This document shows, piece by piece, positions 40,116-50,059 of a stretch of DNA of 64,000 nt. A program made the position numbers and the translations under genes. Under the pieces are notes generated by a model. The model was not told the origin of the DNA and did no database searches. It saw only the letters and a list, made by a program, of their open reading frames with translations. Numbering within the stretch: the stretch's first letter is position 1; every line of letters begins with the position of its first letter. This DNA is from a bacterium (lineage in GTDB: Bacteria > UBA8248), in NCBI GenBank assembly GCA_965199855.1, contig OZ241326.1:256001-320000 (forward strand), written 5' to 3'.

Positions 40116-41291
40116 TCAAGCGCCGAGTTTCAGCTTGAGCCAGTCGAAAATCTCGTGCGCGTAGGGGGGGACGTTGTCCATCTGGCAGTGCTGGGCGCCG
40201 GTTTCCGTCCCCTTGACGATTCGGAGCGTCTTGTCCCTGGAGCCTGCGGCCCTGTAGAGCTTGCGCGCCTCGGCGAGGGATATCTGTTGGTCGCCCTCTC
40301 CGTGAATCAGGAGAAACGGGCAGCGCATCTTCTGCGCCACGCCGTCGAGCTTGAAGCCTTCGAGCTTCTCCAGGGACTCCTCGGTGGAGCCGGAGTTGAA
40401 AATCCAGTTCAGGTGATGCCCCGGAACCGAGAGCGCCGTCCTGTAGGCGGCGTCGATGCGCTCCCGCCAGACTTTTTGATAGTCCCAAATCGCCCCCCAG
40501 GCCACGCACGCCTTGAAGCGGCGCTCCATGCCGGCGTTTCGGGGCGCGTAGTAGCCGCCCAGGCTGATGGCCATGACGCCCGCGCGCTTCGCGTTCACGT
40601 CCCTGCGCTTCTCCAGATAGTCGAGCGCCGCCGCGCCCGCGGCTTCGTGGTCGTGCCGCAGGTAGAGCTTTCGGAAGCGGATGGCCTCCCCGTTTCCGGG
40701 CGCGTCCACGGCCAGCACGCTCATCCCCCGGCGCGCCAGATCCTCCGCTCCCAGCAGGTATTGAATCTCCTTGGAGACGTCGAAGCCGTCGAAGGACACC
40801 ACCACGGGCGGCTTCGCCTTTCTCGTGTTCCGGGCGTGGACGAAGAGGCCGGGAAGCGCCTTTTTGCCTTCGAAGGGAATTTCCACATGCTCGACGCGCG
40901 GAGAATCCGTAAGCGCGGCGAAGCGCCTGAAGGAATCCAGCGACTTGCGGTAGGCGTCGTTCGCCGCCTTGTCCTTGGGCGTCCGGAAGCGCTCGCCGAG
41001 CTGATAGTAGAAGCAGGCGCGCTTGTGGAAGGCGGCGGCGGAGAGCGCGTTCTTCCTTCTGGCGGCGGCCATCCCCAGGGCGCGCATTCTGTCCGCCTCC
41101 CTCACCCACTCGGCGAACCAGGCGTCGTCGTCGCCCACCCTGCCGGCGAGCCTTCGGCAGACGCGATCCACCTCTCCCATCGTGGCGGCGCCCCAATAGG
41201 AGGTGGAGCAGGCGATGCTCACGCCCGCGGACCAGCGGTAGTCATCCGAAAAATACGCGAACCAGGGTTCCTTGCCGACGGCTTTTGCCAT
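40116..41291 (-). CDS. Alpha/beta hydrolase, DHPON hydrolase/FrsA-like (paralog 2)
   Basis: ISLGGYYAPR and GAQHCQ.DN motifs. Confidence 0.85.
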   Translation of the reverse strand: MAKAVGKEPWFAYFSDDYRWSAGVSIACSTSYWGAATMGEVDRVCRRLAGRVGDDDAWFAEWVREADRMRALGMAAARRKNALSAAAFHKRACFYYQLGERFRTPKDKAANDAYRKSLDSFRRFAALTDSPRVEHVEIPFEGKKALPGLFVHARNTRKAKPPVVVSFDGFDVSKEIQYLLGAEDLARRGMSVLAVDAPGNGEAIRFRKLYLRHDHEAAGAAALDYLEKRRDVNAKRAGVMAISLGGYYAPRNAGMERRFKACVAWGAIWDYQKVWRERIDAAYRTALSVPGHHLNWIFNSGSTEESLEKLEGFKLDGVAQKMRCPFLLIHGEGDQQISLAEARKLYRAAGSRDKTLRIVKGTETGAQHCQMDNVPPYAHEIFDWLKLKLGA

Positions 41292-41475
41292 GGAGGATTT
41301 CTCCTTGCGGAAAGCGGGAAACTCTCGTGAACGCCCTTGAGCGATTATCTCATGGATTCGTCCATCGTATCACGGCGCCGCTCCCGGCGTCATCGCCTCG
41401 GGGGGGCCTCCTCGAGAGCGGCCGCCGCTTTTGTAGTAGGATGTCGCCCGCCCCGCCCTTTTCCGGCGTCGGAGC

Positions 41476-42168
41476 ATGAAGGAGACGAGCATGAGCATAT
41501 CCGATGAGGCGCTCGCGCGGCTCAGGGAGCTGGACACGCCCACGGTGTCGAACGCGGTGGAATCCTTCGGCGTCCGGCCCGGGAGCCTGGGCCACGCCGA
41601 CGCGGGCGTGCGGTGCATGTTTCCCGAGCTGGGCGCCGCGCTCGGCTTCGCCGTCACGTTCACGACGAGCGAATACGCGCCGGGCGAGGCGCGCTCGAAC
41701 GAGGAGCGCGCCGCCCTCTACCGCGCCGTGGCGGACGCGCCCAGGCCCTGCGTTCTCGTCCATCAGGATTTGGGCCCCAGGCCGCGCTCCGCGTGCTTCT
41801 GGGGAGAGATCATGTCGAACCTGTTTTCGCGCCTCGGCGCCGAGGGCGTGGCGACGGACGGCGCCGCGCGCGATCTGGACGCCATGCGCGAGGCGGGCTT
41901 CAAAACCTGGTGCGCGGGAACGACCGCCTCGCGCGGAGACGTTCGCGTGTCGTCGGTGAACGCGCCGGTATCGGTCGGCGGCATGGCCGTCCTGCCGGGC
42001 GACCTGATTCACGCGGACGCGAGCGGGGTCGTCGTCGTGCCGAAGGAGATCGCCCCGGAGGTTCCCGACGCCGCCCGGCGGGTGCTGGACAAGGAGGCGA
42101 AGATGCTCGAAGCGATTCGGGCCGAGAATTTCGACCTGGACGATCTCATCCGGCGGTTCTGGGGGTAG
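41476..42168 (+). CDS. RraA family protein (HMG aldolase-like)
   Basis: DTPTVSNA, WGEIM, TDGA.RD and GDLIHAD motifs. Confidence 0.88.
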   Translation: MKETSMSISDEALARLRELDTPTVSNAVESFGVRPGSLGHADAGVRCMFPELGAALGFAVTFTTSEYAPGEARSNEERAALYRAVADAPRPCVLVHQDLGPRPRSACFWGEIMSNLFSRLGAEGVATDGAARDLDAMREAGFKTWCAGTTASRGDVRVSSVNAPVSVGGMAVLPGDLIHADASGVVVVPKEIAPEVPDAARRVLDKEAKMLEAIRAENFDLDDLIRRFWG

Positions 42169-42326
42169 GGGCGGGTTTGGCCCGTCCGTAAAAGAGGCAT
42201 TTTGTAGTAGGATGGTTCCCGACGGTGAAGGTGAAAAGACCTCATGCCGCCGTTTTGAGGCGGAAATGAACATTAGATGACAGGCTGAAAAAGACGCGGC
42301 ATTTTGGAAGGGAGCGAATGTTGCGT

Positions 42327-42581
42327 ATGAGCCGGTCCCAACCGCTTTTTCAAAAGATTCTCGGCGGCCGATCTGATGGAAATATCCGCTTTGACGATTT
42401 GCGCAATCTGCTCCGGAACCTGGGGTTCATCGAGCGGATACGGGGGAGCCATCATATATTCAGAAGGGAGGGCGTCGCCGAGAGAATCAATCTGCAGCGA
42501 GACGGTGGGCAGGCGAAACCCTATCAGGTGCGGCAGGTTCGCTCGGTACTTCTGAAGTGCGAGCCGGGGGAGGGCGAGTGA
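42327..42581 (+). CDS. hicA: HicA family toxin
   Basis: I.F.DL..LL..LGF..RI.GSHH.F and AKPYQV.QV motifs. Confidence 0.88.
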   Translation: MSRSQPLFQKILGGRSDGNIRFDDLRNLLRNLGFIERIRGSHHIFRREGVAERINLQRDGGQAKPYQVRQVRSVLLKCEPGEGE

Positions 42582-42793
42582 TGTACAAATACGAGATCAT
42601 TCTCTACTGGAGCAACGCGGACGGCGCTTTCGTGGCGGAAGTCCCGGAGCTTCCCGGTTGCATGGCGCATGGCGACACGCAGGAAGCCGCGCTTAAGAAC
42701 GTCAACCAGGCCATGGTTCTGTGGATCGAGACGGCGAGAGAGTTCGGCGATCCGATACCGGAACCAAAAGGCGAGCGCCTGATGCTTGCGTGA
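42581..42793 (+). CDS. hicB: HicB family antitoxin (short form)
   Basis: YWS..D..FVAEVPELPGC.AHG.T and IPEP motifs; TGATG overlap with hicA. Confidence 0.9.
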   Translation: MYKYEIILYWSNADGAFVAEVPELPGCMAHGDTQEAALKNVNQAMVLWIETAREFGDPIPEPKGERLMLA

Positions 42794-42826
42794 AGGGGAG
42801 GGAGTTCGGAGGGATGCCGAAAAATC

Positions 42827-43611
42827 TCATTTGAACAGCCGAACGGCTTTTCCATAAGCGTACACTTGTGGCCTTGCCTGTCTCTTTTCTTGAATGCTGT
42901 TTGTTAGAATCTTGAAGACAGATTCGGCATGGAGCCGGAATTTCATCTCTCTGTAGTGGCCTTCGCTGTCGTGCCGATCTCAATTTCTCCGATGTTTTTT
43001 CCATGGAGTGAAGACAGGAAAGTAACTTTTTGGTCGTCCATCTCCTTAGAATTTCTGGCCTTTGAATTACGAAGCGTTACATCCGATGCGAGGGTAGCCA
43101 CGACTTCATCTTTATGGAAAATGTGAAATATCTTTTTTGATTTGTCTATTTTGGCCTTGCCGGGGAAGAGGCTCAAGTAATCCGCATTACCACCATCGAA
43201 TAATGCCTTGTTCAGGAACGCATTAAATATCTTCGGCTGTTGTAATTCTGCCAGAAGTCTTTGCATTTGTGGCTGCAGTCTGGTTTTTGCTTGAAGTTTT
43301 TCAGCTTTGTAGTCTTGAAATGTTGGAGGATATGCGTCGATACAATCGACCATAATGTTCGCCACGTTTCCGATTCCCTGAAAGATGGTGTTCGTTTTCA
43401 GGCGTTCGCGACTATAGAGGAATATCTGCCACCAAACGCCCGCCTTGACTGAATGAGAGCGATGTTGGCGATCAATTACATCTTTTTTGTCCGTATGCGC
43501 CCCCAGATTGACTTCTCCGCCGATTAACTCCGCGAAATCATACTCATTCAGATGCCCCGCTATTTTCACTTCGCTTGCATGGTCGGAAGTCATTGCTCGT
43601 CGCGCGTGCAT
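42827..43611 (-). pseudogene. Putative type II restriction endonuclease with a 1-nt frameshift near 42976
   Basis: Low-GC ORF immediately after the MTase; K.D..D....HSVK nuclease-like motif; the shifted frame continues RHDSEGHYREMKF...AVRLFK to TGA at 42827. Confidence 0.62.
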
Positions 43612-44613
43612 TTAACTGTCCTTCACGATCAGGAGTTCGTGTGAAGCTTTGACGTAATCCCGCGCGCCGTTCTCGATGCGGTTTTTGCCGATGCGGGTCT
43701 CCCCCTGTCCCAGGGTGTATTGCCATTCCACCTCGATGACGCGGAAATCCGCATACCATTCCCTGATTCGCGCGCAGTCGTTGTAAGAGAGAATGAAGCC
43801 CCCCTCGCGTGAATGCAGCAAATCCCGCAGCCGCTCGTGGTCGAAGCCCTTGTGGTGGACGGGAAAGTTTCTCTGGGGATAGATGCCCCGGAACATGCGG
43901 CTGTCGCCAGCCAGATAATAGGGCGGGTCGCAGTAGAGAAAATCCCCCCTGCGGCGCGGCAGGGCGTCCTCGAAGGCGCCGTGCGCCACGCTAAGATTCG
44001 GGCAGCGGAAAGTCCGCACCTTCTCCAGCAGCCGCCCGAAGCGCGCCGGCTCCTCGTAGATTCTGGACATCCAGCCGAGGAAGCCCGGGCCGTAGCTCAG
44101 GTTGTGGTTGAACCAGTAGTGCGCGGCGAGCTCCAAAGGCTCCGTGATGGACGCCTCCTTCTTCCAGTGGGCTTTCAGACGCTCCTTCACCCGGGCGTAG
44201 TCCGCCTTGTCGGGCTTCCATCGCGCTATCCGCCCGGCCAGTTCGACCGGCGAGCGCAACTGAACCTCCCAGTAGTTCGCGAGAACGTCGAACGCGTCGT
44301 AGCCCTGAACCTGAATCCCCAGCTCGTTGGCGCAGGCGATTTCCACCGAGCCGCCGCCGAAGAAGGGGGAAACCAGGCGCGTGACGCCGGGCGGCAGCTG
44401 CTCGATGACGTGTCCGACGGCCAGGCTCTTGCCGCCGGCGTAGCGCAGGGGCAGGTTTCCATACCGCTTGTATTCGTAGCGGCCCGCGCTTTTCAGACCG
44501 CAGAGAAATTCCCTGCGCCTGCGCTCTATGGCCGAACCCGCACCGAACGGGCGCCGCGAGGTCTCTCCCAGGGCCCTTTTCACCGAAGGAGAGGCTGCCA
44601 GCTGTTTCGCCAT
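43612..44613 (-). CDS. Dam-family (D12 class) N6-adenine DNA methyltransferase
   Basis: PLRYAGGKS, PFFGGGSV, YCDPPY and ILSYN motifs; start uncertain. Confidence 0.92.
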   Translation of the reverse strand: MAKQLAASPSVKRALGETSRRPFGAGSAIERRRREFLCGLKSAGRYEYKRYGNLPLRYAGGKSLAVGHVIEQLPPGVTRLVSPFFGGGSVEIACANELGIQVQGYDAFDVLANYWEVQLRSPVELAGRIARWKPDKADYARVKERLKAHWKKEASITEPLELAAHYWFNHNLSYGPGFLGWMSRIYEEPARFGRLLEKVRTFRCPNLSVAHGAFEDALPRRRGDFLYCDPPYYLAGDSRMFRGIYPQRNFPVHHKGFDHERLRDLLHSREGGFILSYNDCARIREWYADFRVIEVEWQYTLGQGETRIGKNRIENGARDYVKASHELLIVKDS

Positions 44614-44708
44614 GCCTGGGTCCGTGGGCGGATCATCCGGAGCGTCTTGCCTCCCGAATATGGCATCAGGGGCGCGAGGAGGCAACGGTTCTCATCGCCT
44701 CCCGGGAA

Positions 44709-45884
44709 TCACGCGCCGAGCTTCTCCTTCAGCCAGTCGAACATGTAGGCCGTGCCGATGGCGTAGTTGTCCCGCTGGCAGTGCTGGGCGCCGCCCTCCT
44801 TCACGGTGAACACCTTGAGCGTCTTGTCCTTCGAGCCGACGGCGTTGTAGAGCGCCTTGGCGTCTCGGAGCGGAATCTGCTTGTCGTCCGCCCCGTGGGT
44901 GACGAGAAACGGGCAGCGCATCTTCTGCACGACGCCGTCCAGCCGGAAGTCCTCGAGCCTGACGAGGGCGTCCTCGAGCGAGTCGGCGTTCAGAATCCAC
45001 TGGATGTGGTGGCCGGGAACGGAGAGCTCCGCCTTGAAGGAGGCGTCGATGCGCTTCTTCCAGGTGGCGTGGTAGTCCCAGATCGCCCCCCAGGCCACGC
45101 ACGCCTTGTAGCGCCGCTCCAGGCTGGCGATGCGCGGGGCGTAGTAGCCGCCCAGGCTGATGGCCATGACGCCCGCGCGCCTGGCGTTCACGTCCCTGCG
45201 CGTCTCCAGGTAGTCGAGGGCGGCCGAGCCCGCCGTCTCGTAGTCGGGGCGCAGGGGGATTTTCCGGAAGCGGATGGCCTCGCCCGTGCCGGGGCCGTCC
45301 ATCACCAGGCAGCTCATGCCCCGGCGGACGAGGTCCTCCACGCCCCGGAGGTATTGAAGCTCCTTGTTCACGTCGAGCCCGTCGAAGAATACCACGACGG
45401 GCGGCCTGCTCTTTCGGGTGTTCTCGGCGTGGACGAGATAGCCGGGCAGCTTCTTGCGCCCCTCGAAGGGAACCTCCACGGCCTCGATCTTCGGCCGATC
45501 CGTCAGGCGCGCGAAGCGGCGGAAGGCGTCGAGCGACTTCTTGAACGTGGCCAGCGCGCGCTTGTCCTTGGGCGTCCGGAAGCGCTCGGCCATCTGGTAG
45601 TAGCAGACGGCGCGCTTGTAGTGGGAGGCGGCGGAGAGGTCCCGCTTTTTTCTCTGGGCGGCGCGGCCCAGGTCCCGCACGGCGTCGCCCATGCGATCCC
45701 ACTCGCGGAACCAGAGCGCGTCGTCGCCGAGCTTCCTGTAGAGGCGGCGGCAGACCTTGTCCACCTCTCCGATTTCGGCCCCGCCCCACTGCGCGCCGGA
45801 GACCATGCCGCAGACGGCGGCCGACCACCGATAATCCTCCGGAAAATAGGTGAACCAGTTGGTGTTCGCAGGCGCTTCCGGCAT
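44709..45884 (-). CDS. Alpha/beta hydrolase, DHPON hydrolase/FrsA-like (paralog 3)
   Basis: FDGLD..KE, ISLGGYYAPR and GGAQHCQ.DN motifs; GGAGG SD before ATG 45884. Confidence 0.85.
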   Translation of the reverse strand: MPEAPANTNWFTYFPEDYRWSAAVCGMVSGAQWGGAEIGEVDKVCRRLYRKLGDDALWFREWDRMGDAVRDLGRAAQRKKRDLSAASHYKRAVCYYQMAERFRTPKDKRALATFKKSLDAFRRFARLTDRPKIEAVEVPFEGRKKLPGYLVHAENTRKSRPPVVVFFDGLDVNKELQYLRGVEDLVRRGMSCLVMDGPGTGEAIRFRKIPLRPDYETAGSAALDYLETRRDVNARRAGVMAISLGGYYAPRIASLERRYKACVAWGAIWDYHATWKKRIDASFKAELSVPGHHIQWILNADSLEDALVRLEDFRLDGVVQKMRCPFLVTHGADDKQIPLRDAKALYNAVGSKDKTLKVFTVKEGGAQHCQRDNYAIGTAYMFDWLKEKLGA

Positions 45885-46069
45885 GGGAGACCTCCTCGCG
45901 GCCCGCATCCGGGGCGCGCGAGGGCGAAGGTCGCCCGGGCGCTTCGCGCGCGGATGCGGGCTTTCGGGTTGAATGTCCGTTGCGGGGATCATATCTTTGT
46001 TCCGCGCCGGGAATCAAACCGGCGGGCCGACGCGCCGCGGACGCCTGCGCGGAGAGGGGAGGAGCGCCG

Positions 46070-47434
46070 ATGGGCGGAAACGAGGACTTCGGCGAGGTTC
46101 TCGCCTATATCGAGCGAAACGCGGATCGCTTCGTGGCGGACCTGCAGGAGCTCTGCCGCCAGCCGAGCGTCTCGACGACCGGCGTCGGCGTGCGGGAGAT
46201 GTCCGCCCTGCTCGAGGAGCGCGTGGCGCGCTCGGGCCTCGAGACGGCGCTCCACGAGACGGAGGGAAACCCGATTCTCACCGCGCGCCTCGAGGGCGCG
46301 GGGGAGAAGACGCTCCTGTTCTACAACCACTACGACGTGCAGCCCGCCGAGCCGCTCTCCGAGTGGAGCAGCCCCCCCTTCGACGCCCGGGTGGTTGATG
46401 GGCACGTCATCGCCAGGGGCGCGACGGACAACAAGGGGAACATCGTCAGCCGGCTGGCGGCGTTCGAGGCGTTTCTGGCGGTGCGCGGCGAGCTGCCCTG
46501 CTCGGTGAAATACATCATCGAGGGCGAGGAGGAGGTGGGCAGCCCTTCGCTCGATCCCTTCGTGAAGAGCCGCAAGAGCCTGCTCGCCGCCGACGGGTGC
46601 GTCTGGGAGGACAACACCACGCGGGTGGACATCCCCGTGCTCTCGCTGGGCAACAAGGGGCTTTGCTACATGGAGCTGACCTGCCGGACGGCGAACGTGG
46701 ACTTCCACAGCTCGAACGCCCAGATCTACGAGAACGCGGCCTGGCGGATAGCCTGGGCGCTCTCGACGATGAAGGATCAGGACGAGAACGTGCTGGTGGA
46801 GGGGTTCTACGACGACGTTCTGCCGATCACGGAAGCCGAGGAGGCGCTCATCCGGCGAATCAGGCCCTACGACGGGCGCGATCGCATCGAGAAGTTCGGG
46901 CTGCGGAGGTTTCTCCTCGGCATGAAGGACGAGGACCTGCCCCGCCGCCACCTGGCCTCGCCCACCTTCAACATCGCGGGCTTCGACGGCGGCTACACCG
47001 GCGAGGGGGTGAAGACCATCGTCTCGGCGCGCGCGCGCGCCAAGGTGGACTGCCGCCTCGTGCCGAACCAGGACCCCTTCAGAATCAGGGACTGCGTGCG
47101 CGCGCACCTGGACGGGCATGGGTTCGAGGACATCGGCGTGGAGCTCCTGTTCACCTCCTGGCCGGCGAAGAGCGACCCGGAGGCCGACATCGTGCGCGCC
47201 TGCAGCGCGGCTTCCCGAAGGCTCTACGGGGAGGACGCCGTCATCAACCCCTTCGGCAACGGGAGCACGCCGACCTGGATCGTGCTCAGGCGCCTGGGAA
47301 TCCCGCTGGCCTCCACGGGCGTGGGCCGCATCACCTCGCGCACGCACAGCGCGAACGAGAACCTGAAAATCGAGCACCTCATCGACGGGGCCAAATACAT
47401 GGCCGCCATCTGCGAGGAGTTCGCCCGGCTGTAG
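46070..47434 (+). CDS. M20 family peptidase/deacylase
   Basis: YNHYDVQP, RGA.DNKG, EGEEE.GS and HS.NE motifs. Confidence 0.92.
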   Translation: MGGNEDFGEVLAYIERNADRFVADLQELCRQPSVSTTGVGVREMSALLEERVARSGLETALHETEGNPILTARLEGAGEKTLLFYNHYDVQPAEPLSEWSSPPFDARVVDGHVIARGATDNKGNIVSRLAAFEAFLAVRGELPCSVKYIIEGEEEVGSPSLDPFVKSRKSLLAADGCVWEDNTTRVDIPVLSLGNKGLCYMELTCRTANVDFHSSNAQIYENAAWRIAWALSTMKDQDENVLVEGFYDDVLPITEAEEALIRRIRPYDGRDRIEKFGLRRFLLGMKDEDLPRRHLASPTFNIAGFDGGYTGEGVKTIVSARARAKVDCRLVPNQDPFRIRDCVRAHLDGHGFEDIGVELLFTSWPAKSDPEADIVRACSAASRRLYGEDAVINPFGNGSTPTWIVLRRLGIPLASTGVGRITSRTHSANENLKIEHLIDGAKYMAAICEEFARL

Positions 47435-47516
47435 ATTCGACGGAGAGCGAGCGGGGGCCGCGCCGGCGCGGGCGTCCGCTTTCGGGGCCATGGAGCCGAC
47501 GGAGGGGAGAGCCGCC

Positions 47517-47912
47517 ATGCACGTGTTCGATCTGGAAAAGGAGCAGGAGTTCAGCAGCGAGAAGCACGTGGAGAAGATTCTGGGGAGGTTCGAGGAGGGC
47601 GACGTGACCGTCGCCTGCTGGGAGCCCGGGCAGGTGAGCCCCTATCACTGCCACCCCTACGCCACCGAAATCTACTTCTGCTGGAAGGGCGGCGGCAGGA
47701 TGAAGACGCCCACGGGCGAGACGGAGGTCGTCCCCGGCTCCTTCATCGTGCATCCTCCGGGCGAGCTGCACGAATACGCGAACGGCGCGGAGCGCACCCT
47801 CCTCTACCGGGTGCGGTATGGCGGCGACAAGACCTCGCGCCACAAGGAATGGCCGACGAATCCGGACTGGAGGCAGAGGCCCGAGGACGCGGAGTATTTC
47901 GGGAGCGCGTGA
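47517..47912 (+). CDS. Cupin domain protein
   Basis: HCHPYATE...G and PPGELH motifs. Confidence 0.85.
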   Translation: MHVFDLEKEQEFSSEKHVEKILGRFEEGDVTVACWEPGQVSPYHCHPYATEIYFCWKGGGRMKTPTGETEVVPGSFIVHPPGELHEYANGAERTLLYRVRYGGDKTSRHKEWPTNPDWRQRPEDAEYFGSA

Positions 47913-47936
47913 TCCCGCCGCCCGGGGCGGGACGGC

Positions 47937-48584
47937 CTACTTCGCGGCTTCGATGAGCCGCCGGTAGGCGGCGGTGAAGCCCTTGAGGGAGACGGGCACC
48001 CGGAAGAGGGTCTCCCCCGTCGCCTCGACCGTGTCCACGTTGAGAATCCTGCCCTTTCGCATCAGCCGCGCCCTCCTCGCGTCCACCTGCCCCCGGACGA
48101 CGCAGCCGTGCGCCAGACAGGTGCGGAACCGCAGGGCGAACGCCTTGCCCTTGTCCACCCGCAGGCGCACCCCCCGGTCCAGCAGGAGGCCGAACGGGGT
48201 GAGCAGCGTGAGCGGCATTTTGTCGCCGACGGGCGCCCCCAGGGTCACGATCAGCAGCCGGTGATGCCGCCCCGTGCTCTTGTCCTTCCAGTCGATGCGC
48301 TGCTGGAGGACGCACGAGCGGGCGGGCGGCTTTTTCGCCGCCTTTTTCTTCGGGGCGCCGTCCTTGGCGTTCGCCTCGAGGACGCCGCAACTCACCCGCC
48401 AGGCGCCGTAGGTTTCCGAGAAGGATTTGGGCGCGGCCGCCGCCTCCGCGCGGCCCGCCGGAATCGCTCCCAGCAGCGCCGCCGCGATCGCCGCCGCGAT
48501 CGCCCGCCGCCCAATCCGGGAAGCCGCCGCTTCGGGGCGGCCCGGCCGCCGCTTCCCTGCCCGTTCGACCCGTCGCATGTTCAT
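47937..48584 (-). CDS. Invasion-associated locus B (IalB) family exported protein
   Basis: YGAW.V.C, C...Q, P.GL.L..G, F..C...GC and SL.GF..A motifs; signal peptide. Confidence 0.8.
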   Translation of the reverse strand: MNMRRVERAGKRRPGRPEAAASRIGRRAIAAAIAAALLGAIPAGRAEAAAAPKSFSETYGAWRVSCGVLEANAKDGAPKKKAAKKPPARSCVLQQRIDWKDKSTGRHHRLLIVTLGAPVGDKMPLTLLTPFGLLLDRGVRLRVDKGKAFALRFRTCLAHGCVVRGQVDARRARLMRKGRILNVDTVEATGETLFRVPVSLKGFTAAYRRLIEAAK

Positions 48585-48744
48585 CTTCTCTCGCATGTGG
48601 GCAGAAGCGGAAAGGATTGCAGGCGGGCGGATGCTCGAGTGAAAGCTTCTCAAAACCGCCGCCCGCTTGTCAAGGCCCGCGCGAGCCGCTTCTTCTTTCC
48701 GCCCCGCGCCGGGGAGCGGCCCGCGCCCTCGCCGACCCGCAAAC

Positions 48745-48870
48745 GAGCCCATATATGCGCCCCCTACGGCGGCGGTGGCGAGGGTTTCGTAGGGGCGGTT
48801 CGCGAGCCGCCCGTTTTCAGGAAGGGTTCGCGCCACAGGCGGCGGGGCGTTCCCGAACGCCCCCTACGGG
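48745..48870. repeat. REP mosaic (GTAG-type)
   Basis: CGTAGGGGCGGTTCGCGAGCCGCCCG and GGGGCGTTCCCGAACGCCCCCTACG; reverse-complement match to 10450-10533. Confidence 0.85.
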
Positions 48871-48893
48871 ATGGCTGCGCGGAGCAAGTGCGG

Positions 48894-49282
48894 GCGGATG
48901 CGGGCAGATGCCGCGGCCGCGCGAAATACCCCCTCCGGGCGCCCCTTGATTCCCATAATCTTTTTATTTTCAATGAGTTGATATTTTTTTCCGCGCTCCG
49001 AAGGGTCTTGAATTTGTCGAAAAAAGGCGCGAATTTGCGGGATAAGGCCGTGAATTTGTCTTATTTTGTCGAAAACGGGATCGTTTTCATCATGGCGCGA
49101 ACGACGCGCGCGCGGCGCGCCTGCGGAACCCGCAATCCGGGGCCGGCGGGACGCGCCCCGACGCGAGCTGCCTTCGTCGTCATCCGCTTCCCGAAGTCCA
49201 TGCGTTCGCCTCCTCCCTCTCGCGGCGGATTCTCGCGCGTTCTCGGGGAAGCCCGATAACCGCAAATGCGGGCAAATGCGCG
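48894..49282 (-). repeat. Dispersed intergenic element, copy 2 (inverted relative to 9901-10368)
   Basis: GAATTTG at 49010, 49031 and 49052; CAATGAGTTGATA at 48971-48983; about 80 bp shorter than copy 1. Confidence 0.85.
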
Positions 49283-49309
49283 CGGCGACCGGGCGGGGGC
49301 GGCAACGGT

Positions 49310-50040
49310 TTCGCAGGGGCGGCTCGCGAGCCGCCCGTTTTGGCGGCGTGGGCCGACAACCCGGCGATTGTCCGTTTGGTTGGCGGGGCGGGGCGTTCCC
49401 GAACGACCCCTACGGGATTATCACGCGGCGGCGGGACGGGAATCCGGCGAAGGACAACCACGGGGGTTGTCCCTACGATTGCCGTAATCGCCGCGCGCCG
49501 CCGCAAAACCCGTCATTCCGGCGAAGGCCGGAATCCGGAACCAGGGCGCGCGGCGGCGAACGGGCGTTCCCGGTCAATCCATGCGCGGGTTCATGGTTTC
49601 GCAGGGGCGGCGCCTCCCCGGGGCCGCCCCACAATTCGGGAACCGCCCGTTTTGAAGGAAGACGATCAAAACCCTGGATTCCGGCCTTCGCCGGAATGAC
49701 GGCCGGGGATGCCCCCTACGGCGGTGAACGCGGGTTTCATGGTTTCGTAGGGGCGGTTCGAGAACCGCCCGTTGGGGGAGGAATTCGCATCGGCGGGAGC
49801 GGGTCGTTCACGAACGACCCCTGCGGGATTGTCACGCGGCGGCGGGACGGGAACCCGGCGAAGGACAACCACCGGGGGTTGTCCCTACGGGCGGCGGCGA
49901 TTTTGATTTTGCGTAGGGGACGCATTCATGCGTCCCGCGCCGTTCCCGTTTGTGGCGGCGGGTCGTTCACGAACGACCCCTACGGGCGAAATGCGCGAAG
50001 GACACGCAGGGGGTTGTCCCTACGATTCGCCCCTACGCGA
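49310..50040. repeat. Long REP mosaic (GTAG and CGTC palindromes)
   Basis: More than ten palindromes including GGACAACCACGGGGGTTGTCCCTAC, two CGTCATTCCGGCGAAGGCCGGAATCC units in opposite orientations, and GTAGGGGACGCATTCATGCGTCCC. Confidence 0.88.
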
Positions 50041-50059
50041 ATGCGCCGCCGGGCGAATC

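Noticed and set aside
49310-50040. CRISPR array or integron attC cassette array in the palindrome-rich regions
   Set aside because: Units vary in sequence, orientation and spacing; linkers recur rather than being unique; no cassette ORFs or integrase
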